Shown here one piece after another: positions 21,510 through 35,006 of a stretch of DNA of 64,000 nt. Under the pieces are notes generated by a model that had not been told where the DNA came from, did no database searches, and worked only from the letters and a program-made list of their open reading frames with translations. Both the position numbers and the translations under genes were made by a program. The DNA comes from Myxococcota bacterium (GTDB lineage Bacteria; Myxococcota_A; UBA796; UBA2385): positions 256,001 to 320,000 of the forward strand of contig JBIJDH010000002.1 of assembly GCA_044344255.1 (NCBI GenBank). Direction: 5' to 3'. Positions within the stretch are counted from its first letter, which is position 1. The number at the start of each line of letters is the position of its first letter.

Positions 21510-22901
21510 ATGCACGCCGCCTGCGTCACCCCGCTCTACCTCCTCGGCCTCATGCTGGCCGGCCCCGACCGCCCGGCCTCGATCGGCTATGTGGACAGTG
21601 AGGCCTTCCCGATCCGCTGTCACTGGTCGGAGGAGTCTGAAGAGGACAAGTGTTCAGACGTGCTCGAGTCGGCGGAGCTCGCTTGGCAGGTGCAGGTGGT
21701 GGACGGCGGCTTCAACGAGCCGATGGGTGATGACGACGGTATCCTCGACATCTACCTCACGACCGACGGCACCGGCGGCGGCGCTTACACCCTCGGCACC
21801 TATGAGGACGACGACGGCGGCGATGACCGCAAGGGCTGCTCCAGCTACATCGCCATCGACTCCAGCATCTCCCGCGGTGCGCTCCCCTCTTTCGTCGTGC
21901 ACGAATTCCAGCACGTGACCCAGTACGCGACCGACTTCCTCGAGCCCACGCTGCCGATCTGGGAGGCCGTCGCCGCCTCGGCAGAACAGTGGACGGTCGA
22001 GAGCCTCGAGGTGGCCGGTTACTATGTCAAGGACTTCCAGCGCGAGCCCTGGCTCGGCATCCTCGGTGACTCCTACGAGCTCAGCTACTACTCGCTCTAC
22101 GAGTACGGGGCGGCCGTCTGGATCCTCCACCTCGACGCCAACTGGGGCGATGAAAACGGCGCCGCCGCGCGAGACCTCTGGGAGGCCGCCGCCCAGAACG
22201 ACTGGAACAACGAGCCCGACGTGCTCGACGCCTACGACGCCGTCACCGGCGATTGGAAGGCCGCCCTCGTCGACCTGAGCATCCAGCGGGCGCGCATCGG
22301 CACCGACCTCGCGCCGAATTGGACCGCCGCGCTCGATGAGTCGCGGATGGCGGTCAGCGTCGACCAGGACATCGACGCCGCCTCGCTCCCCGTGACCGCA
22401 GAGAGCATCGACGGGCCGGTGCCCACCGGCGTGGCCTACTTCCAGGTCGACAACCTCACGGAGGGGGAGCCCGTCACCTTCACGGTCACCTCCGACGCAA
22501 ACACCACCTGGGGGCTGGTGGTGGTCGAAGGCGAGCGGGACGGCAGCGCGATGGGCCAGGGCCTCGAGTGGACCCCGGAGGCGAGCTCTCTGCTCGTGGG
22601 CGTGCTGAGCTTCGGCAAGGACGGCTTCGACGCCGACGCCCGGCTGAATCAAGCCAGCTTCACCCTTGAGATCTCGGGGGCCGAGGAGGGCGACTCGGGT
22701 GACACCGGCGAGACCGACGATGGATCGGGGGACGGCGGCGGTGGAGGCGGCGGTGGCGGTGCCGGTGGCGGGAAGGGCTGCGGCTGCGCGAGCCCCTCAG
22801 GCGCGACCCCCTTCGGCGGCACGGTGCAGCCCGGGCTGCTCGGCCTCCTGCTCGCCGGGCTCGCGCTCCGGCGGCGGGCCCGCGACGACGACCGGGCCTG
22901 A
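21510..22901 (+). CDS. Secreted HExxH metallopeptidase with MYXO-CTERM-like sorting signal
   Basis: VVHEFQHVTQ, WEAVA; C-terminal GCGC + hydrophobic helix + RRR. Confidence 0.8.
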   Translation: MHAACVTPLYLLGLMLAGPDRPASIGYVDSEAFPIRCHWSEESEEDKCSDVLESAELAWQVQVVDGGFNEPMGDDDGILDIYLTTDGTGGGAYTLGTYEDDDGGDDRKGCSSYIAIDSSISRGALPSFVVHEFQHVTQYATDFLEPTLPIWEAVAASAEQWTVESLEVAGYYVKDFQREPWLGILGDSYELSYYSLYEYGAAVWILHLDANWGDENGAAARDLWEAAAQNDWNNEPDVLDAYDAVTGDWKAALVDLSIQRARIGTDLAPNWTAALDESRMAVSVDQDIDAASLPVTAESIDGPVPTGVAYFQVDNLTEGEPVTFTVTSDANTTWGLVVVEGERDGSAMGQGLEWTPEASSLLVGVLSFGKDGFDADARLNQASFTLEISGAEEGDSGDTGETDDGSGDGGGGGGGGGAGGGKGCGCASPSGATPFGGTVQPGLLGLLLAGLALRRRARDDDRA

Positions 22902-22909
22902 GTCGCCTC

Positions 22910-23755
22910 ATGCGCGCGCTGATCACAGGGGCGCAGGGGCGGCTCGCCGCCCGCTTCATCGAGCGGATGGGCGTCACAGACGAGCTGCTCGCCCTCTCGC
23001 CGGTCCCCGTGGCGCATCTCGGCGTGCCCTGCGCCGTTGGGGAGATCGACACGCCCGGCCTGATGGAGGCGCTGGCGCCGGGCTGCGAGACCCTCGTCCA
23101 CTTCGCCCCCGACGCTCTCCGCACGATCGAGTCGCCCGAGGCCCGGGAGGCCGCCACGCGACGGCTGCTCGAGGCCGCGGTGCGGGTGGGGATCCGTCGC
23201 CTCGTCTACGTCAGCTCGGCCTGGGCCCCCGAGGCGGGGGACGCGGCCGCCGAGGCCCTCGCCCTCGCGGGCGGCCCCCTGCGCGGCGTCCTGCTGCAGA
23301 CCCCGCTCCTCCTCGGCCCCGATGACGCCTGGGGCCACGCCGCCGGGCTCCTTCGCTGGGCCCTCGACCCCACCCTCCCGGCGCTCTCGGTGGCTGAGGC
23401 GGAGCGCCCGATCAGCTTCATCGACGAGCGAGACCTCCAGGGCGCCCTCGAGGCGGCGCTCCACCGCGGCCAGGCGGGTCGCTGTTACCCCCTCGCGGGG
23501 GGGCTGGCGGGCTGGTCGGCGCTGCGGGACCGCTGTCGTTGGCTGGCGGCGACCGCCGAGCCGGAGGCCGCCTTGCGCTTGCACGGGCCGGTCGACCTCC
23601 GCTATGGGCAAGTGGGCCTCGACCCCGACGACCGGGAGGCCCGCCGCGACCTCGGCTGGTGGAACCGCGACCCCGACCGCAGTCTCGACGACGCCGTCCG
23701 GGCCTGGCTCCGCCGGGAGGCGACCGTCTCGCTTACAGGCTCCGCGGATCCGTGA
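22910..23755 (+). CDS. NAD-dependent epimerase/dehydratase-like (atypical SDR)
   Basis: MRALITGAQG, RLVYVSS, SFIDERD, ARRDLGW; lacks clear YxxxK. Confidence 0.65.
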   Translation: MRALITGAQGRLAARFIERMGVTDELLALSPVPVAHLGVPCAVGEIDTPGLMEALAPGCETLVHFAPDALRTIESPEAREAATRRLLEAAVRVGIRRLVYVSSAWAPEAGDAAAEALALAGGPLRGVLLQTPLLLGPDDAWGHAAGLLRWALDPTLPALSVAEAERPISFIDERDLQGALEAALHRGQAGRCYPLAGGLAGWSALRDRCRWLAATAEPEAALRLHGPVDLRYGQVGLDPDDREARRDLGWWNRDPDRSLDDAVRAWLRREATVSLTGSADP

Positions 23756-25658
23756 GCTTTCCGGTGACGGCGCTGGCCGCCGCGACGGCCGGGCTCACGA
23801 GGTAGACCGGGCCGGGGCCGCCCATGCGGCGATCGAAGTTCCGGTTGGTGGTGCTGGCGGTGACCTCGCCTGCGAGGGGGATCCCCGGCCCGTTGCCGAT
23901 GCAGCTCCCGCAGCCGGGCTCGCTGACGACCGCGCCCTTGGCCCGGAAGAGGGCGAGCAGGCCCTGGGCCTCGGCGGCCTCGGCCACGGCGGTGGAGGAG
24001 GGGGTGACCGTGACCCGCACGCCCGCGTGGATGTGGCGCTCGCGCAGCACGTCGGCGGCGGCGCGCAGATCGGAGAGTGAGCCCCCGGTGCAGCTCGCGA
24101 TGACGACGTTGTGGATCGCGACCTCCCCGGCCTCCGAGAGGGCCACGCGGTTGCGGGAGTCGCCCGGCGTGGCCACCGTCAAGGGGACCAGGTCGAGATC
24201 GACCTCGATCACGCGCTCGTAGTGGGCCCCCTCGTCGGGGTAGACCATCCGCTCGGCGTAGTCGTGGCCGCGCTGGGCCTTGAGGAACTCGAAGAGGGGG
24301 GCGCAGGGCTCGACCACGCCGGTCATCAGCCCACCCTCGACGGTCATGTTGGTGATGACCGACAGCTCGTCGACGTTCCACTGGTCGAGCCCGGGGCCGC
24401 CGAGCTGGATGACGCAGGTGTCGGTGGGGCCGCTCCGCCAATGCTCCTCGCGGAAGTAGGGGTCACCGATGAGGTGCAGCACGAGGTCTTTGGGGGAGAG
24501 GACCCCGCGGGCGCTGCCGCGCACCAGGACGCGCACCACCTTCGGCACCGTGACGGGGATGAGGCCCGTGCGCAGCGAGAAGGACATCGCGGTGGAGCCC
24601 ACCCCGAAGGCGAAGGCGTTGAGCACGCCCGCGGTGGGGGTGTGGGAGTCGGTGAGGATGACGATGTCGCCGGGGCGGGCGTAGTCCTCGACCACGATGC
24701 GGTGGCAGACGCCGGCGGGGTAGGGCCGACCGGGCCCGTGGACGCGGAGCCCGTGCTGCTCGGCGGCGTCGAACATCTCGCGGGCGAGCTGGCGGGCCGG
24801 CTCGAGGCGGGCCTTCTTGACCGAGGCGGGCACGGTGGCGTGATCGATGAGGACGAAGTGGTCCTCGAAGCAGGCCACCTGATCGGGATCGTGCACCGGC
24901 GCGGCGCCGAAGGCCTCTGTGTAGAGTGCCATGCACATGCCGGCCGTGTATTCGTGCATGCCCCGGAAGCCGGCGCGGCAGAGGACCTGATCGCCCGGGC
25001 CCACCGCGCCGAGGCCGAAGGTGGGGCCCGCCTCGCCGCGGCCGGTCCAGGCGGCGGCGGCGATGATCTTCTCGACCGCGTTCATCGGCCGCGAAACGAC
25101 CGCGGTGTCGTACCAGGGCACGGTCTCGCCAGCGAGCCAGGCCATGCCGTACTGGAGCAGACCCCCGGCCTCCGACACCTGCCGGAAGAAGGGGGGGAGC
25201 GCGTCGTAGAACTCCGTGATGTCGACGTCCTGGCCGCCCTTCAGGCGGTCGAGCACGCCGAAGTCCGTGGTGAAGGGCATCCCCCCGTAGACCATGTTCT
25301 CCTGGAAGATGCGCTGGAAGCTGTGGGCCACCACGAGCTCGATGCCGGCGCCCTGGTGCGCCACCACGGCGACCTCGCGGCTGGAGCCCGAGCCATAGGC
25401 GTCGCCGCCGACGATGACCTGAAAGCCACCCTCCTGGACAGACTCCTTCTTCACCGTCTCTTTGAAGTTCTCGAGGAAGTAGGGGCCCAGGATGGGGGGC
25501 GTGTAGCCGAGGGTGCAGGCCGCCCCGGAGATCATGGCGTCGGTGTTGACGCCGTAGGTCAACGCCTCCCCGCCGTAGTCCAAGTCGGCGCCAGCGAGCT
25601 GCGCGCGGAGGGGTGCCTGATCATCGGTCAAGTAGAGGATGCGGCCCTTGAGCTTCAT
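23733..25658 (-). CDS. Aconitase-family Fe-S dehydratase, N-terminal swivel (LeuD-like) fused to LeuC-like domain
   Basis: YGSGSSRE swivel motif; DSHT, IASCTGG, PGCGSCIG, STTNRNF. Confidence 0.85.
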   Translation of the reverse strand: MKLKGRILYLTDDQAPLRAQLAGADLDYGGEALTYGVNTDAMISGAACTLGYTPPILGPYFLENFKETVKKESVQEGGFQVIVGGDAYGSGSSREVAVVAHQGAGIELVVAHSFQRIFQENMVYGGMPFTTDFGVLDRLKGGQDVDITEFYDALPPFFRQVSEAGGLLQYGMAWLAGETVPWYDTAVVSRPMNAVEKIIAAAAWTGRGEAGPTFGLGAVGPGDQVLCRAGFRGMHEYTAGMCMALYTEAFGAAPVHDPDQVACFEDHFVLIDHATVPASVKKARLEPARQLAREMFDAAEQHGLRVHGPGRPYPAGVCHRIVVEDYARPGDIVILTDSHTPTAGVLNAFAFGVGSTAMSFSLRTGLIPVTVPKVVRVLVRGSARGVLSPKDLVLHLIGDPYFREEHWRSGPTDTCVIQLGGPGLDQWNVDELSVITNMTVEGGLMTGVVEPCAPLFEFLKAQRGHDYAERMVYPDEGAHYERVIEVDLDLVPLTVATPGDSRNRVALSEAGEVAIHNVVIASCTGGSLSDLRAAADVLRERHIHAGVRVTVTPSSTAVAEAAEAQGLLALFRAKGAVVSEPGCGSCIGNGPGIPLAGEVTASTTNRNFDRRMGGPGPVYLVSPAVAAASAVTGKLTDPRSL

Positions 25659-25684
25659 ACGGCGGTCTCCAGGAGGCCGGCCGA

Positions 25685-26607
<923 letters not shown>

Positions 26608-26611
<4 letters not shown>

Positions 26612-27381
26612 TCGAGCTCCAGCACCACGGGTGCGTGATCGGAGGTCTTCTCGAGCTTGCGGGTGGCGCGATCGATCTCCACCGACCGGACCCGGGCGAG
26701 CACGCTCCGGCTCACGAGGTGGTGGTCGATGCGCATGCCGAAGCCGCGCTGGAAGCCGCCGCCGCGGTAGTCCCACCAGGTGTGGGCGTAGCGGCCGCTC
26801 TCGTCGCCGTGGAGGTGGCGCCAGGCGTCGGTGAGGCCGAGGTCGAGCAGGGACTGGAAGCGCCGCCGCTCGGGCTCGCTGCAGAGCACCTTGTCCTTCC
26901 AGGCGACAGGGTCCCAGACGTCGCGGTCGTCGGGGGCGATGTTGAAGTCTCCGCAGACCACGAGGGCGTCGTCGGCCGGGGTGTCTGTCGGGAGCCAGGC
27001 CTGGAGGGCGTCGAGCCACTCGAGCTTGTAGGCGTACTTCTCCGAGCCTACCTCTTGGCCGTTCACGACGTAGAGGTTGACCACCCGAACCCCGCCGGTG
27101 GTGGCGGCGATGCCGCGGGCCTGCGGATCGCCGGCGAGGGGCACCCCGGTGACGACGTGGCTGAGCGGGGTTCGGGAGGCGATGGCCACGCCGTTGTAGG
27201 TCTTTTGGCCCGAGAGCACGACGTTGTAGCCGGCCTCGTCAAAGACCTCGTGGGGGAACTGCTCCTCGACACACTTGAGCTCTTGGAGGCAGAGCACGTC
27301 GGGCTTGTGGGTGGCCAGCCACTCCGGCAGGAGGTGGAGGCGGGCCCGGATCGAGTTGATGTTCCACGTCGTGATGCGCAT
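26608..27381 (-). CDS. xth: Exodeoxyribonuclease III
   Basis: TWNINS, LQELK, YNGVAI, GDFN, TWWDYR, RIDH, SDHAP. Confidence 0.95.
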
Positions 27382-27481
27382 CGGGCCGCCTTAACCGGGG
27401 GCCCCGCGCCCGCGCACGGCCCTTGCCCGACGGCCCCCCCTCTTGTAAGGTCGGCCCCCCACAGGCACCTCCGGCGGATGG

Positions 27482-30381
27482 ATGCGCGACCGATTCATGA
27501 ACAACCGAGCCCTTCAACCTCAGCTCCCTTCGCTGCGGGTGGCTTCGGCGCCTGCGCCTCGCCGCCGGCGGCGCCCTCCCGTCTGGGGGAAGCTGCTGTT
27601 GATGGCCACCCTGTTGATCACCGCCCTGCCGGCCTGGGCCGCCGAGACGGTCGGGCAGATCATTGGCACCGTGCTCGATGATCAGGGCCTCCCCGTGCCG
27701 GGCTCGGTGGTCAACACCACCTCGGCGGCCCTCCAGGGAGCGCGGAGCGCCGACACCGACGGAGAGGGTCGCTTCCAGTTCGTGGCGCTCCCTCCGGGCG
27801 AGTATCGCGTGACGGTCGCCAAGCCCGGCTTCAATGACTACGCCGGCCTCATCTCGGTGGGCGCCGGCCGGAACTCGATCCTCAACGTCTCGCTGAAGGC
27901 GGCGGTCGCCCAGGCGGAGATGGTGGTCGAGGACGACGCGCCCACGATCGACGTCACGAGCGCCCGCTCCGGGCTGTCCCTCTCTCAAGAGCAGCTCCGC
28001 GACATCCCGAGCGCAGGCCGTGACTACCAGTCGGCCACGACGATGGCCGCAGGCGTGGTCGACAACGGGACGGGCAACAACAACGTCCGTGGATCCCTCT
28101 CGTACGGGAACCAGTACTACCTGGACGGTGTGAACATCACCGATCCGATCACGAACACCTTCTCGATGAACATGAACTACGACGCCATCGCCGAAGTTCA
28201 GGTCATCACCGGTGGGATGGACGCCGAGTACGGCCGCTCGATGGGCGGCGCGGTCAACGTGGTCACGCGCTCGGGCGGAAACGAATTCGAGGGCGACTTC
28301 CAGCTGCTCTACAGCAGCACCGCCACCCGGGTCTACAAGAAGCTCCCGGAGGAGGAGGGTGTCCCCGTCCCCGAGCGGGCCTCCGAGAGCGCCGCCGTCA
28401 ACCTCGGCGGGCCAATCGTGAAGGACCGCCTCTGGTTCTTCACGAGCGTGCAGGTAAACTATAGCCTGTACACGCCCGCGATGACCAAGGAAGTTCGCGA
28501 CGAATTTCCCGCCGAGTTCACTTCTCAGGATGGGGGGAGCACGGTCTACGACATCCCCACCCAGAAGTGGACCAGCGTGTACTGGTTCGGCAAGCTCACC
28601 TACTCGCCGAACCCGAACCACCGGATCATCGCTCACGCTCAGGGTGACCCCACCAACATCGACAACTCGACCGCCAGCATCTACACCCTGTCGAATGACG
28701 AGGTCTGGTGGAGGCAGGGCGGGTGGCTGAGCTCGGTCCAGCACGTCTGGACGCCGGCGGCCTCGGTCATCGTCGATACGCAGCTCTCTTACTCGACGAG
28801 CTACATCAACACACAGCCGATGCAGTGGAAGGACTGCAAGAGTTACGACGCCGACGGCGCCTGTGAGGATGACTTCGCCGCCGAGTACGGGGCCTGGCAG
28901 TCGAGCTCCGGCTACAGCTATGGGCCCTTTCCTTACGCCAGCTACTCGAGCCGCCAGCGGTATTCCCTCGTGAGCTCGATCACGAAGTTCTTCGAGCTCT
29001 GGGGCCGACACCAGGTGAAGGCCGGCGTGCAGGGAGACCTGCTCCGCACGTCGTCGATCAACCCCGGCCTCGAGGATGGTATCCCCTACTATGAGCCCGG
29101 CGCCGGCGGTGTGGGGGACCTCGCGGGTTACCAGCCCTCCTTCCTCCTCCGGTACGACACGAACCTCGAGGCCGAGCAGGGTGGCGGCATCGCCAGCGTC
29201 TACCTCCAAGATGCCTGGCAGCCGATCGATCGCCTCACGCTGCGCCCCGGCGCCCGCCTCGACTACAGCAGCTTCAGCAACAACGTGGGCGAGGAGGTCT
29301 TCTCGGCCCTCACCGTGGCGCCCCGCGTCGGCGCCGCCTACGACCTCACGGGTGACGGTCGCACCTCGACCCACGCCTTCTATGGGCGCTTCTACGACAG
29401 CGGCTTCCTCGAGATCCCCGACATCCTGTCCCGCGGCCTCAGCGGCTACGGGTATTACAATTGGGACGCCGAGGCCGAAGACTGGGAGACGGAGCCGAAC
29501 CTGTCGGTCGCCTCGACCTTCCTCGTCCACGAGGATCTCGTCCCGCCGCACTCCGACGAATTTGACCTCGGCTTCAGCCGCGACTTCGGCAACGGCTGGG
29601 CCGGTGACCTCACCTGGACCTACGAGGTCAGCCGCAACCTCTTCGAGGACGACGAGGTCAACCTCATCTGGAACGCGGATGGCACCGAGATCATCGGCTC
29701 CCGCGACGGCACCGGCGAGACCTACTACCGCCTGCGCACCCCCGACGAGGCCTTCACCAAGTACACCTCGCTCGAGTTCGCCGTGAACCGCGACTATGGC
29801 GACGGCTGGACCCTCTTCTCCTCCTACACCTGGAGCCGCGCCTGGGGCCGCACCCGCGACGACATCAGTCAGGGGCTGGCCTCGGCCTCCTTTGATATCG
29901 GCCCCCAGCAGGAGTTTGAAGAGGGCCTGATGCCCTATGACACGCCGCACTCGGTGAAGGTGGCCGGCTCCTATCGAGACCCAGACACCATCGCGATCGG
30001 CGACAAGTCGGCCCTCGGCTGGCTCTTCGGCTGGAACTACATGCTGAGCTCGGGCACGCCCTATCGGCCGGTCTATTACCAGCCGACCTATCAGGACTGG
30101 ATCAATTACAAGGAGCCCCTGAACGGCGACTATCGCCTCCCGGCCTACTCCCGCCTCGACGCCAAGGTGGGCGTCTCCTTCCAGCGCGGCCAGACCAACT
30201 GGGATGTGACCGCCGAGTGTTTTAACGTGCTGAACGACCGAACCGTCACCTCTGTGTGGACCCTCGCCGACAACCCGGACGGCACGCCCCAGACCGACGA
30301 AGACGGCAACATCCGCCTCGGTCAGCCCGACGGGCGTCAGTCTCCTCGATACTTCCAGCTCGGCCTCCGGGGGGAATTCTG

Positions 30382-30382
<1 letters not shown>
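27482..30382 (+). CDS. TonB-dependent receptor (Oar-like, N-terminal carboxypeptidase-regulatory-like domain)
   Basis: YYLDGVNITD, AEYGRSMGGAVNVVTRSGGN, YLQDAW, C-terminal LGLRGEF. Confidence 0.9.
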
Positions 30383-32092
<1,710 letters not shown>

Positions 32093-32094
<2 letters not shown>

Positions 32095-32134
32095 GGGGCA
32101 TCAGCCGAGGGGCATCAGCCGAGGGACATCAGCC
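32093..32134. repeat. 14-bp tandem repeat x3 (GAGGGRCATCAGCC) at convergent gene junction
   Basis: Units 32093-32106, 32107-32120, 32121-32134. Confidence 0.9.
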
Positions 32135-32912
32135 CCTCGTCTGTCCCCTTGGCGCCGCCTTCGCCGAGACGGGCGAGGAGCTCGGCGTCGAGGAGGTGGC
32201 TCGGCACCACCTTGCCGAGGGCGGCGAAGAGGTTTCCGGGGACGTTGTCGTTCTCGGCGGTGAGCTCGGCGACGAGCCGCTTGACCCGCTTCCGCTGGAG
32301 GTGCTCCTGGCTGCCGCAGAGGTCACAGGGGATGATGGGGAAGGCCTGCTCGGCGGCGTAGGTGATGAGGTCCTCCTCCCGCACATAAGCGAGCGGGCGG
32401 ATGACCACGTTGCGCCCGTCGTCGGAGACGAGGCGCGGCGGCATCGAGGAGATGCGCCCGGAGTAGAAGAGGTTGAGGAGGAGGGTCTCCACCATGTCGT
32501 CGCGGTGGTGGCCGAGGGCGATCTTGGTGCAGCCGAGCTCCACGGCGGCATTGTAGAGGATCCCGCGGCGGAGGCGGGAGCAGAGCGAGCAGAAGGTCTT
32601 TCCGACCGGGATCTTCTCCTGCACGATCGAGTAGGTGTCCTGCTTGAGCATCCGCACCTCGACCGCCTGCGCGCGGAGCCAGGCCTCGAGGCGGTCGGCC
32701 GGGAAGCCGGGGTGGCCCTGGTCGAGGTTCACGGCGACGAGCGAGAAGGGAAAGGGCGCCCGCGCCTGGATTTTTTGCAGCAGGCGCAGCATGGCGAAGG
32801 AGTCTTTGCCGCCGGAGACGCAGACCATCACGCGGTCATCGGGCTCGATGAGCCGGAAGTCGGCGCTGGCCCGCGCGACCTCGGCGGTGAGCTTGTGTTC
32901 CAGGCGATTCAC
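32115..32912 (-). CDS. ttcA: tRNA 2-thiocytidine(32) synthetase
   Basis: SGGKDS PP-loop, CSLCSRLRRG, GHHRDD, IIPCDLCGSQ. Confidence 0.95.
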   Translation of the reverse strand: MNRLEHKLTAEVARASADFRLIEPDDRVMVCVSGGKDSFAMLRLLQKIQARAPFPFSLVAVNLDQGHPGFPADRLEAWLRAQAVEVRMLKQDTYSIVQEKIPVGKTFCSLCSRLRRGILYNAAVELGCTKIALGHHRDDMVETLLLNLFYSGRISSMPPRLVSDDGRNVVIRPLAYVREEDLITYAAEQAFPIIPCDLCGSQEHLQRKRVKRLVAELTAENDNVPGNLFAALGKVVPSHLLDAELLARLGEGGAKGTDEGLMSLG

Positions 32913-33072
32913 GTGTGCTCCAGGCGGTTCATGGGGGCCCCCGGCGGGCGTCCAGCACCTACCCGCGGCGCGGGGCTGGCGCCAAGCCGGGCGTCGCGCC
33001 GTGTCGAAGGCCGGCGGCCGCGCTACGGGGCCCGGAGACGTCTCGTGTTCTCTGTCGAAGGAGGAGAGGCCC

Positions 33073-34020
33073 ATGTCGGCCATCCAGGTCCGGGAGCTCC
33101 ACAAGTCCTACGGCAATCATGTCGCCTTGCGCGGCATCAGCTTCGAGGTGAACGAGGGCGAGGTGGTCGGCTTCCTTGGGCCCAACGGGGCGGGCAAGAG
33201 CACGGCGATGAAGATCATCACCGGATTCCTCGCGCCCTCGGGGGGCTCGGCGGCCATCCAGGGCCACGACGTGCTGCTCTCACCCATCGAGGCCCGAGGA
33301 AAGATCGGCTACCTCCCGGAGAACGCTCCGATCTATCCGGACATGGTGGTGCGCGACTTCCTCGAGTATGTCGGGCGGGTGCGCGGGCTGGGGCGCGCCG
33401 AGCGCGCGACCGCCATCGAGCGGGTGGCCGATCAGTGCGGCATCCCCGATCGCCTCGGCCAGCGGGTGGGGGAGCTCTCCAAGGGCTACCGCCAGCGGGT
33501 CGGGCTCGCGCAGGCCCTCATCCACAGCCCGCCCATCCTCATCCTCGATGAGCCCACCACCGGCCTCGACCCCAACCAGATCGTCGAGATCCGCAACCTC
33601 ATCCGAGAGATCGGCCGCCACAAGACCGTGGTGCTGTCCACCCACATCCTCTCCGAGGTCCAGGCCACCTGTGACCGCGTGGTGATCATCAACCGGGGCA
33701 CGCTGGTGGCGGACGGCGCCACCGATGAGGTCACCACCCGCACCCGCGGCGGTCAGCTCCTCCAGCTCACCCTCGCGCCGGGCAAGGTGGCGCCCTCGGC
33801 CGAGGCCGTCGCCGTGGCGCTGGCCCACGTGAGCGGCGTGGAGCGGGTCAAGGCCATCGAGGCCGCCACATCGGAGCAGTACGCCTTCGAGGTGCTGGCC
33901 AGCGTGGATGTGCGCGCCGAGCTCTTCCGCCTCGCGGTGGATCAAGGGCTCGTGCTGCTGGAGATGTCGCGCGAGAAGTCCAACCTCGAGGAGGTCTTCC
34001 GACGGCTCACCCAGCGCTGA
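33073..34020 (+). CDS. ABC-2 type transporter ATP-binding protein (GldA-like)
   Basis: GPNGAGKST, LSKGYRQR, DEPTTGLDP; GAGGAG RBS. Confidence 0.9.
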   Translation: MSAIQVRELHKSYGNHVALRGISFEVNEGEVVGFLGPNGAGKSTAMKIITGFLAPSGGSAAIQGHDVLLSPIEARGKIGYLPENAPIYPDMVVRDFLEYVGRVRGLGRAERATAIERVADQCGIPDRLGQRVGELSKGYRQRVGLAQALIHSPPILILDEPTTGLDPNQIVEIRNLIREIGRHKTVVLSTHILSEVQATCDRVVIINRGTLVADGATDEVTTRTRGGQLLQLTLAPGKVAPSAEAVAVALAHVSGVERVKAIEAATSEQYAFEVLASVDVRAELFRLAVDQGLVLLEMSREKSNLEEVFRRLTQR

Positions 34021-34963
34021 CGGCGATCAACATCTTGATCGCCACCCCGGCCAGGCCGAGCAGCAAGATCAGGCCGATGATCAAGCCGTAGGGCGGCTTT
34101 CGACGCATATCGACCACCGGCGCCGGGCGAGAGACCTGCGGAGGCGGAGCGGCGGGTGTCGGTGCGGGCAGGCTCGGCTGCTCGGGCGGCGTCGTCGGCT
34201 CCCCAACCTCCGCGGCGGCGTCCGCGGCGCTGAGACCGGCGTCGGTGCGCTTCCAGCCTCCGCGGGCGGCGCGGGAGGCCACGGGGGCCTGAACGCGGTC
34301 CGAGACGGTGAGCACGACGGCGAACTCGGGGTGATCGGCGAGTCGAGTGAAGGCCGCCGTGCCCGGGACGCGCACGCGCTCGTCCCCCGTCAGGCGCCCG
34401 AGGTACAGCATCTCCCGCAGCGTGACCCGGTCATAGGGGCCTTGGATGCTGTCTCCTTGCGCGAGCTGGAGCTCGAAGGCGGCGGGGAGCGCGGGCTCGT
34501 GGATCGGGCCCAGCGGCGCCTCGGCGGCGACGACCGGCGCAGCACCCTCGGTGGCGCCCATCGGCGGAGGGTTGGGTGGGGGGCTGGGCGGGAGGGACAG
34601 GGCCGGCGCCGGGGAGGGGTCTCTCTGCGGGGGGAGGGAGGCGGGGAGGCCCCCTACCGGCTTGGACAGGTTGATGCTCCGCACCCGCGGCGGCGGCGCG
34701 GCGGGATCGGCGGCGCGAGGCGCCGTGGAGAGGGAGCGGGGCGAGGGCGGCGGCGGGAGCACCGCTGGGCGGGCCACGATGGTGGCGGCCTCATCGGCCA
34801 GCTCGTCGGGGTACGCCGGGGCGGGGGTGGGCGAGAGGCCATCGGCGTCGGGGTCATCGATGTCGCCCACCGACCGCGAGAGACCACAGCGGCCGCAGGA
34901 GGCCGGCAGGACGCCCCGCACGGGGACCAAGGGTTCCCCACACTTCGGACATGGGTTCATCAT
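34007..34963 (-). CDS. Zn-ribbon / Pro-rich / GYF_2-like membrane protein
   Basis: CPKC...CGRC; GPYDRVTLREMLYLGRL; C-terminal TM. Confidence 0.6.
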   Translation of the reverse strand: MMNPCPKCGEPLVPVRGVLPASCGRCGLSRSVGDIDDPDADGLSPTPAPAYPDELADEAATIVARPAVLPPPPSPRSLSTAPRAADPAAPPPRVRSINLSKPVGGLPASLPPQRDPSPAPALSLPPSPPPNPPPMGATEGAAPVVAAEAPLGPIHEPALPAAFELQLAQGDSIQGPYDRVTLREMLYLGRLTGDERVRVPGTAAFTRLADHPEFAVVLTVSDRVQAPVASRAARGGWKRTDAGLSAADAAAEVGEPTTPPEQPSLPAPTPAAPPPQVSRPAPVVDMRRKPPYGLIIGLILLLGLAGVAIKMLIAVSAG

Positions 34964-35006
34964 CGGCGGAATGTAGCACCCCGACGGATGGGATACCCGC
35001 ACCGTC